Notes: generated by a model from the sequence alone, not told the origin. 64,000 bases of DNA from Eledone cirrhosa (GCA_964016885.1 OZ024743.1:75392001-75456000); one strand, 5' to 3'. Shown: positions 22,930 to 35,456, numbered from the stretch's first letter. A program made the numbers and translations.

Positions 22930-24930
22930 ATACTACATGATGGCTCCAAACTCGTGTTCAAGTATTGCCATCACCCGATAAAATGTTCAAAAATGTGAAG
23001 CACAAATGTGACTCTTTAAACCAGCCAAATACTTGCACCCTCTGGCACACACAAGGCAACTTTAGGCTCCCCCGAAACCTTCCATTGCTTTGTTCTGGCT
23101 GTATGTTCACATGTATCTTTTAAGACCTCCCATGCTTGTACATTTCTTACACCTTTTCAGATCATAATCTACATGAGGTCTACTGATATGACTTTGTTCA
23201 TGTCTAATCAAACCAGCTTTGCTCAGGCTGACTAGACCACAGTGCTGGCAAACCAGATGATGTTCAACAGCAGGCAGTTCAGAACAGTCTCAATCCTCAC
23301 CTTCCTTTTCAGTGTTAGGTGTTCTCTCCAATGAGTTTCAAAGTGTTCACCACCTGACTTGATCAAACGTCTCCACTTCACACGCTCGTCAGCCATTTTC
23401 TCCCATTCGTCAGATGAAATTCCAGCACAAGCCAAGGTGCCCCTGATACAGTCCCGGTACCGTCTTTTTGGCTTATGTGGTGGTCGCCTTCCTTCACACA
23501 GTTCTCCATAGAGAAGTTGCTTTGGAATACGATCATCAGACATCCGGACCACGTGACTGCACCACCTCAACCGATACCGAAAGATTATGCTCTCTATAGT
23601 CACGCACCTGCTCCGTTCTAGAACTTCCAAATCACTGGCGAACATTTTCCACCACACCTCAAGTAACTTATGAAGAGATTGTTGGTGAAATCTCTCCAGA
23701 TCCTTGAGGTGCTTTCTGTATATGACCCACGTTTCACATACATAAAGTAAAGAGGAGACGACACAAGTCAGATACACTTTCACCTTGGTTTTGATAGTAA
23801 TACCTCATTATCATGTGTGCATGAAGTGTTCAACGTACTACCAAGGTAAACAAACTTGTCAGCAACTTTTAGCCTCTTTCCGTACACGTACACACTTGGT
23901 GCAGTGTACTCGTTTCCAGGTACTGGCTGATACATCACAACAGTCTTTTCCAAGCTTATTGTGACGCTCAAAGTGCTGCAAGCCGCAGAAAAAGAGTTCA
24001 TAATATGCTGCATGTCACTTTGTGAGTCTGCAAAAAGATTGCAGTCGTCTGCATACAAAAACTCTCGGATTATAGATGTTAATACCTTTGTGCTTGTACC
24101 AAAGCGCCTGGTGTTGAACAACCTTCCTGAAGTGCGATACCTGATGTAAACCCCATGAGAACAATATTTGAATGACATGATAATTGCCACATTTGTCCTT
24201 GCCGTCCTTTCCTTTATGGAGAATCACCATTAGCGCATCCTTCTTGTGGGACATTCTCATCTTCCCACACCATTTTCATGAGGTAGGTCAGTCAGGCGTT
24301 GCGTGAAGTTTTCATCACCACACTTCAAAACCGCTCCACTCAGACCATCCATACCAGGAGACTTACCATAGTTCAGCTTATGCACAACAGAAGTCCCCTC
24401 TGCAAGAGTAGATACATTAGCCATCTCATATGCTTCACTGGTTCAATAGGAATGGAACAAATGAAATCATCATCAACCTGGATGGCTGGTTTAAGAGCTC
24501 ATCAAAGTGATCTCTCTATCTGTCGAGTGTCTTTTGGGTCGCGCAGTAATTGCTTGCCATCTTTCGATCTCAAAGGGGCCACTGGAGAGCTGAAAGGGCC
24601 ATACACCTCTGTGAGTAGAGAGTGCGGCAGTTTCACATTGTTGCCATCAGATGCCACTTGAACTTCATCTGCTTTGTTGCTCCACCAGGTATTTTGCATA
24701 GCCCTGAGTTTCACCTGCACTTCCTTCTTTACCTGTCTGTAACGCTCATAATTGTCACCAACAGAGCTACCACCTTTAAGAACTGCATCAAGTGCCTTTT
24801 ATTTTCTGTCTAGCAGAGCCTTGACCTCCTGGTCATTCTCATCAAACCAGTCCTTGTTTTCGTGTGACAAAGCCAAGGACCTCTGCTGAAGCCTTATAGA
24901 CCGAGCTCCTGAAGTCCTTCCAGTTGTTCT
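22930..24930 (-). mobile_element. Degenerate BovB-like RTE LINE fragment
   Basis: FLYADDC, FVYLGS, KVY...LLYVCETW...LERFHQ, RLRWCSHVVRMSDDRIPKQLLYGEL. Confidence 0.9.
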
Positions 24931-25704
24931 CATACACGCATACATACTTACATATATACATGTATACATACATGCATACATCCATACATACATGTATACA
25001 CACATACATACATCCATCCATCCATCCATACGTGTATACATACATACATACAATGGTTAAAGTGTTTGACTGACGACCATAAGTTCATGGATTCATATTT
25101 GGGACCGGGTAGTTATTGAATCAACCTGATATCAATGTTTATTATACAGCACACTTCCTCTTTGGTATAATATGACACATAGTAATATCTAACATAGTAC
25201 CCATCTAATCTGTTATAATATGATTTACCTTTCCTCTGTGAAGGCACATGCCTTATGGGTTACGGTACTGGACTAACCATTATAAAGGCATGGGCTCGTT
25301 TCTTCGATCCTGCAGCATGTTGCGTCCTTCAGTAAAATACTTTAGTTCGTGTAGCATCTTCTACCAGGACTTGCGGCAGACAGATAATATCAGTAATGGA
25401 AAACACCTTGTTTCATTAGTATGACCTGGAAATCAGTTCCACTCTATTTATTGTATTTATTAAAGGCAATCAAATTATTTTTTATTTTATTCTTTTTCTT
25501 ATTTATCCATGTTTGTTAAATAAATTCCAAAAAATCGAACTAAATTGAAATTTTGTAATAAAATGTCCATAATAGTTAATGTTTACAATACAATAAAATG
25601 TAATAAAATGTATTGAAGTCGACGAAATGTGGACCTTCATTTTTGAAAGATGGATAATGCTATAAGCAGACCTTACAATATTGTACCACAATTTTCCTTT
25701 GTGT

Positions 25705-25911
25705 AAAAGTGGGCAGCCGAATTTAGGAAAGGATAGGGGATTCTTGAAGATGACCCAATGTCTGGACGTCCTACAACTGTCACTACCGAGGAAAACATTG
25801 ATCTCAGTACTGCAACACCGATGGAAGAAGTGTGTGGAACGCAAGGGAGACTATGTTGAAAAATAAACCTCATTTGGTCATATTCTATGAGAGTATCTTT
25901 GTCAACCCTCG
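25705..25911 (+). mobile_element. Internally deleted mariner remnant
   Basis: DDPMSGRPTTVTTEENID fused to LQHRWKKCVERKGDYVEK*; ends ...ccctcg|TA. Confidence 0.8.
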
Positions 25912-25947
25912 TATCTATGCGCAATATACGTAAAGATACAGAATTGC

Positions 25948-26291
25948 GGGCATTACAACGCTATTAGCTGTCATATTTGTTGGTGAAAAAAATTTGATTA
26001 TAAAACTTAAATTTATGAATGACTTGTTTTCTACATTGATAACCATGACTTGTTTCCTAATTAACTTAAATTTGTTTTCTAATTTGGCCCTTTTAAGGGC
26101 CACCTATATTTTCATTTAAGTAACTCCCCTTACATCGATATGCTTTAATAAAAAAAAAATAAAAAAACGCGTGAAAACTCCACTTACGCGTGGTGGTAGT
26201 AATACGGAAATAAACGATGACGAATGACGTCACCTTCGCCTGCTTTCATCGGCTGCTTTCACGACTGACAGCTAATAGCGTTGTAGTGCCC
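25948..26291. mobile_element. MITE with 26-bp TIRs
   Basis: gggcattacaacgctattagctgtca ... tgacagctaatagcgttgtagtgccc (1 mismatch). Confidence 0.8.
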
Positions 26292-26639
26292 CCTTTTTTT
26301 CATGGAACTTCTCGTTTGTGTTTTTTGAGGTTGGCAGGTTGTGACACACCTAATGTAAAAAATCAAATTTAGTAGCATTAACCTATAATTTATCTATTTT
26401 ATACAAACACCAGGCATACGTCAAAACGGCCGGTCTCAAACACCAAACCTAGTTGGTTAGCGAAAGTTGCATTATTTAATGTAAAAGTTGAAATATCAAA
26501 ATATTAAGATTTCGAGTTAAGGAGTCGATGACACTATTATGTATGGAGAAAACTTTCATTTTATTACCATTCCTTGCAGAGAAATTTAATTTTATTTTTA
26601 GATGTGAACATGTGTAATTTATTTGATTTAAATATATAT

Positions 26640-27230
26640 ATAAATAACATTACAAATTGATCACAATTCTTTTAGAATGAAAATATAAACACATAACAAA
26701 TACAATTAACAATTGCTTGGAACCTCACAAATATAACGCAACAAAATATACGACCAGAAAGAGAGAGAGAGAAAAAATGGAGGGGTACACAAAAATAAAA
26801 ACGGCCACCAGTTCACCACCATGTGTGAGAATCGGTCAGACATCACATCACAAGAGGTAACGGAATATTTTGAGGCAAGCCAATACACAGGCAGCATTAC
26901 CACGGGTGATGGCGAGGCTAAGGTGCTGAAACAACTAGGCAACTTCACGGGCATCACCTTACACCTTAGTAAGGCCAGGTGATGGCGAGGCTAAGGTGCT
27001 GAAACAACCAGGCAACCTCACGGGCATCACCTTACACCTTAGTAAGGCCAGGTGATGGCGAGGCTAAGGTGCTGAAACAACTAGGCACCCTCACAGACAT
27101 CACCTTACACCTCAGTAAGGTGAGCTGCCAGCGATGGCAAGAATTCACTGTCAACAACCCTACTCCACCAAATGTCTCAAACGCAACAAGCTGGAGAAAA
27201 TAGATATTTCAGTTGATTAATGATAAAAGA
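26640..27230 (-). mobile_element. CRE-type (RLE) non-LTR retrotransposon 3' fragment with internal 73-bp triplication (26905-27120)
   Basis: Reverse complement homologous to 28880-29065 (QLVAFETFGGVG...). Confidence 0.7.
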
Positions 27231-27389
27231 GTTATTACAGATACACTAGCGTGCATGTATGGTCTCATAACTCCTGAGGGAGCCGTAGGGGTGCTGAATT
27301 GATATACAGCATTTCTAGGGTATTCTTAAACCTGGTGAAGCCCATCTCTCGGGGTCTGAATACAGCAGTTTTCTTCCAGAGAAGGATAG

Positions 27390-27565
27390 TGAGTGAGAGA
27401 AGAAGAATCAACACCAGTATTTGACTGGTACTTTCTTTATCGACCTTATATAGATGAAAGACAAAGTTTACCATGGCATGATTTGAACTCAGAGAGAGGA
27501 GAGCCGAAACGAATACTGTAAAGCATTCTATCTGACATTTTAATGACTCTGCCAATTCGCCACCT
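27390..27565 (-). mobile_element. tRNA-derived SINE with Deu/Nin-type core
   Basis: Reverse complement of ggcgaattggcagagtc...tttgtctttcatc...ggtcgataaag...gtaccag. Confidence 0.7.
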
Positions 27566-27889
27566 TAGATACAATAAACACAATTTATATAAATAAATAA
27601 AGAGTGTTTTTAGGGAATCTAGCACACAGCATTGCCTCGAATGATGGCGAGGCTAAGATGCTGGAATAACCTTGTGGATATCACCCGATATTTCAGTATG
27701 GCGAGCCACCAACAATGACCTCATTGTTAATAGCTCAGCTCCACCAAATTTTTGAATGTCACACATTGTTTTCACATTTTGTTTATAACTATAAAACTTA
27801 TTTTCATATCACATTCTCAATACATCACTATTTAACGTCCATTTTTCCATGAACATTAAACAATGATGATGATAAAATTAATGTTGTAA

Positions 27890-28232
27890 CACCCCCACCT
27901 GTCACCCATGCCAATAGATCTACCTCGCCGATCCCCATACACTTCCTCCACCCAAGTTCCCAGTCCACACTGTAAAGTGGTCGTGTAGTCAAAACGACAA
28001 AAAGCACCCAGTCCATACTGTAAAGTGGTCATGTAGGTGTCACAACAAAATGCACCCAGTACTTACTGTAAATGTGGTTGGCATTAGGAAGTGCATCCAG
28101 CTGTAGAAACCAAGCCCAAATCAGTTCTGTATGAGCAAGACATGGTCTTCTGACCTGACTTGTCTCACAATGGGACAACTCAACTAACCTATGCTAGCGT
28201 GGAAAATAGACATTAAACGGTGATGATGAGGA
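27890..28232 (+). mobile_element. RTE 3' UTR/tail fragment with 48-bp repeats
   Basis: cccagtccacactgtaaagtgg repeats, tail ggaaaatagacattaaacggtgatgatg. Confidence 0.8.
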
Positions 28233-28569
28233 TGAAGTCACAATTATTGCTAGAGGCTTTGATCAAGATATGTGAAATCCAGATGAATGTAAACATGGTT
28301 GACATGGTAGCTACAGATGAGATATGGAAGTTCCACAATAGACTGGTTACCATAACAATACAGCAAATATATTTACATAGTTTATAAATGATATTTCTCT
28401 GTCAATACAAATATTTAGCTTCTGGGAATCAGGTTTGATCACGTTCTTCTTCTTTGCCCACTTATTCCTGAGAGGGTTGTGGGGGCAGAGCCCTCAAACA
28501 TCCTAATTAGAAATATTTTACAAATCTGTTAAAAAAGAATCATTATCAAACATATTTTTTCTTAGTTCG

Positions 28570-29275
28570 GGTAAATATCCCGTCAGTTCTGGAGCCGGCT
28601 GGATTATCCAGAATTGATAGGAAGAGACCAGGTGGTCTTACCCTTTGTCCCTGGGTAAGAGCTAGGTATCTCATCTGGGACGACACAGTCAGTGACTTTT
28701 TGGCCCCCTCTCACAGACTGGATGCTGCGATGGGTAAGAGGTAGATATCTCATATGGGACACCACAGTCAAGACTCTTTGGCTCCCCCTCACAGAATGGA
28801 TCCTGCAATAAATGTGAGGATCACTGCTACCATTGCCAAACGGAATAAAATCCTAAAATACTGGGAATTATCAAACAATTATTTGTTCCAGCTTGTGGCG
28901 TTTGAGACATTTGCTGGAGTTGGGCCTCTGACAGTGAAGTTCTTGTCATCATTAGCAGCTTGCCATACCGAGGTGTAAAGTGATGTCTGTGAGGGTGCTT
29001 GGTTGTTTCATCACCTGTGGTAACACAGCAAGCATGTTGGCTTGCCTCAAAATTTTCCGATGACCCTTATCATGTGTGGCTGATTGTTGCACTTAATGGT
29101 GAATTGATGGTTGTTTTTGTTTGTTTTTTTCTCGCTTTGATCATATATTTTTGTGTTATATTTGTAAGGTTCCTAGCAATAATTAATTGTATTTATTATA
29201 TGTGTTTATATTTTCATTCTATAAGGATTATAAACAATTTGTAATGTTATTTATACAACTGTGAATAAATATAAT
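28570..29275 (+). mobile_element. CRE-type non-LTR retrotransposon 3' end (restriction-like endonuclease domain remnant)
   Basis: [26 protein letters not shown] ... WDTT ... KILKY..L.NNYLFQLVAFETFAGVG ... GNTASML. Confidence 0.75.
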
Positions 29276-29461
29276 CCCAGCTTTTTCATACACTAATATT
29301 TAATTATCTGTTATTTTTAATCTTTATATATACAGTTGTATTTCTATTTTAATGTGTTAGATCATACTACAAATTTTCTGAATTACAAGTATTGATAGTA
29401 TTTCAAATAGCAAAGTGTATAGACCAAATCCTGGAGAGGAGATGGGCTCCACCAGGTTTAA

Positions 29462-29682
29462 CCCTTTAGCATTTACATTACTCTATATATATTATTATAT
29501 TTTCATGATAAACACTTTACTTCATATAATTATCTCACATAATATCGAATTTATGAGATTTTGATATAATTTATTTTGAGAAGAATACCTTAAAATAAGT
29601 ATGAATGGCCTATGACAGCCAGTTTTAACAGAAAGAGGTGAGAGAATTCTGGCCGGATATGGCCGGTTTAAATGCTAAAGGG
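29462..29682 (-). mobile_element. TTAA MITE family A
   Basis: TTAA|CCCTTTAGCATT...AATGCTAAAGGG|TTAA. Confidence 0.9.
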
Positions 29683-29897
29683 TTAAAGATTGCCCTAAAA
29701 ACACTGTATCTCAAGATGGAACCCTTATGACTCCCTTAGAAGTTATGGGACAATACATATACCAAATGCTGAACATTCTGATAAATTTTATTTAAACATT
29801 GTTTTAATAAATAAAAGTTACATATTTAAAATAAATACATTATACCATGTTTATAAAGAGTATAGGAAGTATATTGGTAAGACACTTTAACCCTTTA

Positions 29898-30768
29898 GAG
29901 GGATCAGATGTTGTGTGCAGGAGATTGTGTTGGTATGGAAATGTGATGGGTATGAAGGATGACAGATGTATAAAAAAGGTGCAAAGCCTTCAAAGTTGAT
30001 GGTAGCCATGGAGTAGGATGAGGTAAGAGCTGACCTTGCATAATTACACCTCACCAAGACGATGACACAGGACCGTGACCTCTAGCACTATCCAATACTA
30101 TAGAAGACCCACCCTCCCATATATTCGAGCTGAGGCAACACCTCTATCATCTTCCCTCCCATACACCTCCCTTGCTGTGACCATCCCTCCCCTATTACCT
30201 ACGTCCTTAATTTCCCCAGCTTCTTCCCTACCCTCCCAAGTTCCCATCCCACACCATGAAGTGGTCCCCCTGGAGCTATGACAAAAAGGACCCAGTCTAC
30301 ACTGTAAAGTGGTCATGTAGGTGTCACAACAAAAAGCATCCAGTCTACACTGTAAAGTGGTTGTGTAGGTGTCATAACACAAAGCACCCAGTCCACACTG
30401 TAAAGTGGTTGTGTAGGTGTCACAACACAAAGCACCCACTCCACATTGTAAAGTGGTTGTGTAGGTGTCACAACACAAAGCACCCAGTCCACACTGTAAA
30501 ATGGTTGTGTAGGAGTCACGACAAAAATCACCCAGTCCACACTGTATAGTAGTCATGTATGTGTCAAGACAAAAGTGCCCAGTCCACGCTGTGAAGTGGT
30601 CATGTAGGTGTCATGACAAAAAGCACCCAGCAGTTGGTGTTGGGAAGGACATCCAACTGTAGAAACCAAGCCAAATTCAGCCCTGTGTTCTGACCTGATC
30701 TCTCCTAAAGGGACAGCCTGTCCTACCCATGCTAATGTGGTAAATCTATGTTAAATGATGATGATGAG
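29898..30768 (+). mobile_element. RTE 3' fragment with 48-bp 3' UTR repeat expanded to ~7 copies (30291-30630)
   Basis: agagggatcagatgttgtgtgcagg..., repeat cccagtccacactgtaaagtggttgtgtaggtgtcacaacacaaagca, (ATG)n tail. Confidence 0.85.
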
Positions 30769-30838
30769 TTACCAACCTGGCCAAAATCAGCTCTGGTCCT
30801 ATGAAATAAAACCACCATTTTAATGGTTTCCAATTTAA

Positions 30839-31066
30839 CCCTTTAGTTACCAATCTGCCTAAAACCTACTCAGGTTCTATGAAATAAAACCACCCATTTT
30901 AAAGGTTTCCAATTTAAATTAAAATCTTGCAACATAATTTTATATAAAAACCTTACATTAAGTTACTATCTTAGTAATGAAATAATTAATAATTTTAGTA
31001 AATCCCTCAAAATTCTTCATTAATTAAAATAGAGTGTATTTCATTAGAAATGAAGAAATGAACAGG
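30839..31066 (+). mobile_element. TTAA MITE family B
   Basis: TTAA|CCCTTTAGTTACCAA...GG|TTAA; homologous copies elsewhere in the window. Confidence 0.8.
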
Positions 31067-31488
31067 TTAAGTTACTATCTTAGTAATGAGAGACAGTCGA
31101 TTGACTTTCGTCAAATCAGTCCAAGGAAACGTTTCCGTTGGTCTTTCCTATTGCTAATACTATCTATCAGTCGCAACGTGAAATAAAGTGTCTTGCTCAA
31201 GGACATAACGCATTGCCCGGTCCAGGAATTGAACTCACAACCTCACGATTTTGCATCCAATTCTCTTACCGCTCAGCCTTCACTCTTAGTAATGAAATAA
31301 TTAATAATTTTAGCAAATCCCTCAAAATTCTTCATTATTTAATTAAAATGGAGTGTTTTTCATGTATTTCAATGGAGTTGTTTTCATCATTTTTCACTTT
31401 TTAACTTTGAATAAATTGATATAATTAAATGCTCTTGTTAATGGTAAAAGATATTTCTGAGGAAAACCTGGATGCAGATCACCGTTAC

Positions 31489-31680
31489 CCCTTTAGCATT
31501 TACTACTGTATTTTTGTGGTAAAGGATTTGTCTCATATAATATTGAATCTATGAGATTTTGATATTATTTATTTTGAGAACGATACCTTAACATCAGTAT
31601 GTGCGGCCAGTTACAGCCGGTTTGAATAGAGAGAGGTGAGAGAATTCTGGCCGGATATGGCTGGTTTAAATGCTAAAGGG
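31489..31680 (-). mobile_element. TTAA MITE family A
   Basis: ccctttagcatt...aatgctaaaggg|ttaa. Confidence 0.85.
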
Positions 31681-32059
31681 TTAAAAGTTCAAATGCTTCT
31701 GAAAATCAATGAAGACTCCATGATGATCTATGACATTCCAAAAGGAGGGTTAAGATGCCAATGGCTATTCTGTCTGACTGGAAGTGACCAGCCATGTCTC
31801 TCATAGGCATCATGACAACAACATTTAAATGAATCTAGAAAAAAGATAATTTTTGGAATCGAGTGTAGCAGCAAAATGACTTAATGAATAATGCATTGAA
31901 TTATCAAATCATGTTTCAGAAGTTCAAATTTAGTATCTGTTTTGTCAATATCTAGACAAAACATCAAATTTTACATTCTTTATTTTACATCACTGAGGAG
32001 TAATATACTCCAGATTTCTTTGGGAATATTATCTGCATTGGTATTTTAGCAGGAATATT

Positions 32060-32400
32060 TGGCTGTGTGGCATGTGGTTAGAATGTCTTAGGAAAGAATC
32101 ACTGGAGAGTCACTCCATGTAGAGTTCCTACTTCTCTGAATTGAGAGTTCACAGCTCTGATACTATGGGCATGTGGTTAGAATGTCTTAGGAAAGAATTG
32201 CTGGACAGATTTTACAGGCAAAACCAACTGGCAAGAGACCCAAAGGTAAACCCTGAGCAAGATGGTAGATAACATCCATGAGCTTGGATGGTCTCATTTG
32301 GGGATCCAGCCTAAACTGTTGGAGATGGTTGCTTCTGACAGGACCTGCTGGAAGGAGTGTTTGAGGACTCTTACCCCACGACCTCCTCAGGAATAAGTGG
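32060..32400 (+). mobile_element. Rex3/Expander-like RTE 3' fragment (an inverted piece lies at 32620-32782)
   Basis: YYGHVVRM...PTGKRPKG...LGWSHLGI...LTPRPPQE*. Confidence 0.7.
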
Positions 32401-33095
32401 TGGTTTGATGTTTTGTTTGTTCAATGGTTGGTGTAACTATAATGTTGTTGCTATGTGGTTGAAGTGATTTCTCCAAAGCATTGATCTAGACAGTGGTTCT
32501 TGACCTGGGGGGCTGGCACTCCCAAGGGGTCTAATATTCAGTTCATGGGGAGGGTACAGAGAAGCAAGACCAGAAGTAACATTAAAGATTAAAATATTTT
32601 CATTGGATATTTTCTGTTATTTCCTCCCCCTCCTGGGATAGAATCCTCAAACACTTCTTCCAGTGGGTCCTGGCTGGATCCCCAAGTGAGCTCAGCCAAG
32701 CTCATGGGTCTACACCTAGGTTTGTTTTATCCGTAAAATCTGTCCAGCGATTCTCTCCTGAGACATTCTAGCCACATGCTCATTAAAAAATATTTTTTAA
32801 AAAGTGACCAAATAATGTTGCTAATGCTAACTGAGCAAACTACATATAGTGGCTAGAATTAGTCTTTTATAAAACGTTCTCATCACTAAGGGAATCATTT
32901 TACTTAATTAAAAATTGCTTCGAGTACTTCAAGTATATTAGCTCACACTCCGTTTTCCATTAAGTCTTAATGGAGCAAACATTCCTTAGTCACCTCTTCC
33001 CTTCATTCTTTTAATTTAAACACCGCTTTATATTCGTCCAGAGATATTATGTACTTCTTTATGCATTCTAAGATTTGCAGCAACAGTGAGGCTAT

Positions 33096-33138
33096 ACTTT
33101 GCCGATGAGGTCCAATAATATCGAAACATGTCGAGAGT
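33096..33138 (+). ncRNA. Degenerate minimal hammerhead ribozyme motif
   Basis: ACTTTG-CCGATGA-GGTCcaataaTATC-GAAAC-AT-GTC-GAGAGT; palindromic ACATGT stem III, GUC triplet; U4>C and stem mismatches. Confidence 0.6.
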
Positions 33139-33185
33139 TATCACCATACTGCTAAACATCAAACTCACACCCGACTACATTTCAT

Positions 33186-33477
33186 GGCGATCTTTCGCCT
33201 TAGATGAAGGTACCGGAAGTTGCGCATTTTCGTTTACTTTGTCGCTAAAAAGGTCACGTACTTGATTTTTACTATTTTTTAAAATCATTTCTGTTACTAC
33301 AGAGCCTGTTTATTTTATGACCGGTCGCTATCATTAATTTTTTCATTTATTTTTTTTTCTGTTTGTTATCATTAAATAACTCCGCAAATTACTTCTACAG
33401 AAACACCTATTTAACATCTACAAAAACAAATAGAAACGCACGACTTCCGGTGCATCTACCTAAGACGAAAGATCGCC
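33186..33477. mobile_element. MITE with ~45-bp imperfect TIRs and 3-bp TSD (CAT)
   Basis: cat|ggcgatctttcgccttag...ccggaagt ... acttccgg...ctaagacgaaagatcgcc|cat. Confidence 0.75.
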
Positions 33478-34531
33478 CATTCCACCATATATAATTAAAA
33501 TATCGGAATTGTTTCTATCTTTCCATTTTTTTTTAAAATACCAGAATTAGTAATTTAGAAAATAATAATTGCTCTCATCACAAAAGATTTAATTTCAATT
33601 GATAACATTTCTTCGCCAGTTACATCAAGTAAGCTAACACCCGCTGTAGAAAAATATGTAGTTATCTCCCTTGACGACTAACTCTTATTTCAGTATGTCG
33701 TAGTCGTTTGTGTTTCGATACATTCGCAATAGCCGTGTATATATATATTTATATAAATATACATATATATTATTATTATATATATTTTTATATGAAATCA
33801 CCACAGCATTTGGTTTATTATTCATGTTTAAGAAACCTAAGGAAAAGAAACTCATAACATTGTAAGTGAATCCTAAGTATGTTTACTTGGAATGTATTTT
33901 ACCTGTTGGTTGTGTTTGTTGTTCAGTGACTTTGTTGATTTCTACCCCACCTCTTTTCATTCCTGTTAAGTCATCATTATAAATATATTGATTGGAGAAA
34001 ACTCTTTAATTTTCTCGAGAGTTTTAGTTTAAAGATAACAAGGAAATCACACGAAAAAAATATTTGTTAACTAATTCTTCATGTTATCATGATAACAAGA
34101 CTCCCAAAATGTTTAGTTCCGCATTGTATGTTGCTTATTTCAATTGAAGTATTTACAACATTTATATATATCGAAAACTTGAGAATTATATTTTATTACT
34201 ACCATATATTTCTTTCTTTCTTTGAAACATTATTTTCTGCAGGAAGTGTCTTTTCTTTCTCTTCTTTCTCCCATAAAAGCCACGCTGTTATTTATAGCAA
34301 TGAACAGTGGGAGAGGATACGATTTTGTTTCAGTTTTCGTTAGTGTAACTATATATTAAAACAACAGTATCAGAGTAAACATGATAGCTATATTCAGTAA
34401 TAATCCACAGCTATTTACTGTAGATATTTCATTAATTGTATAGAAGTAATTCAACGGATGAGAAATTACATTACTATTGTATTATAGTTTTTTAAAACCA
34501 CTTTTGTGATTAGATGTTTCATTAGTGTGTG

Positions 34532-34568
<37 letters not shown>

Positions 34569-34658
34569 TAATGTGTTGGCAATATATATTTATGCGTACC
34601 TATATATATATATGTGTGTGTGGTTACACATATATGTGTGTATACACACACATGTATG

Positions 34659-34701
<43 letters not shown>

Positions 34702-34729
34702 GTGTGTGTATGTGTATATATATATATTT

Positions 34730-34984
34730 GTGGCCTGTTGGACTTGCGATCATAATGTCGTAGGTTCGATTTCTGGGCTGGATTGCGTTATAAAGAACAC
34801 AACACGCAATCCAGCCCAGAAATCGAACTTAACGTTGCTCCAGTATACTCAGCTGAAAATGAGGGTTTAACCCTGCGATGGTGACCTGTCCAGGGGGAAG
34901 TCTTGTACTCTCAGTCGCTTCACGCCATGAAACCGGAATAAGCACAAGCCTAACGAGCCTTAGATGGCTTCAGACAGACTTTTA

Positions 34985-34985
<1 letters not shown>
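34730..34985 (+). mobile_element. tRNA-derived SINE with internal inversion hairpin
   Basis: B-box GGTTCGATT; homologous to 42890-43166 (minus). Confidence 0.8.
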
Positions 34986-35049
<64 letters not shown>

Positions 35050-35456
35050 GTGTGTGTGTGTGTGTGTTTATTCAGGTGTGACACTGTAGTTGGTAAAGTT
35101 GTCACACAAAGAAAGATCTAGTTAGACAGACATAAATAGTGAAATGGTAGACTTTTTCCAATATAGCCACTCTCTATTATCCCAAGTATCGAGTACTCTG
35201 TTGAATATTGGTTTAACTAGTTTAAAACTAATTTAATCTTGATATATATAATAATATGTCAGACCTTCATTACATTTATTGAGGTGTGACGTGCGTTTCG
35301 CGATTGATCAGCTCAAGGTTCGATCTGTGTTGATACAGCCTGACCCTGGAATCAAAAGCTCACAGACCTCTGTTATCGTAATGACGGAATGATTCCCGTA
35401 CAGTGTTAAGAAAATATACATCAGTTCTCATTCATTTATATGTATGTATGTGTGTG

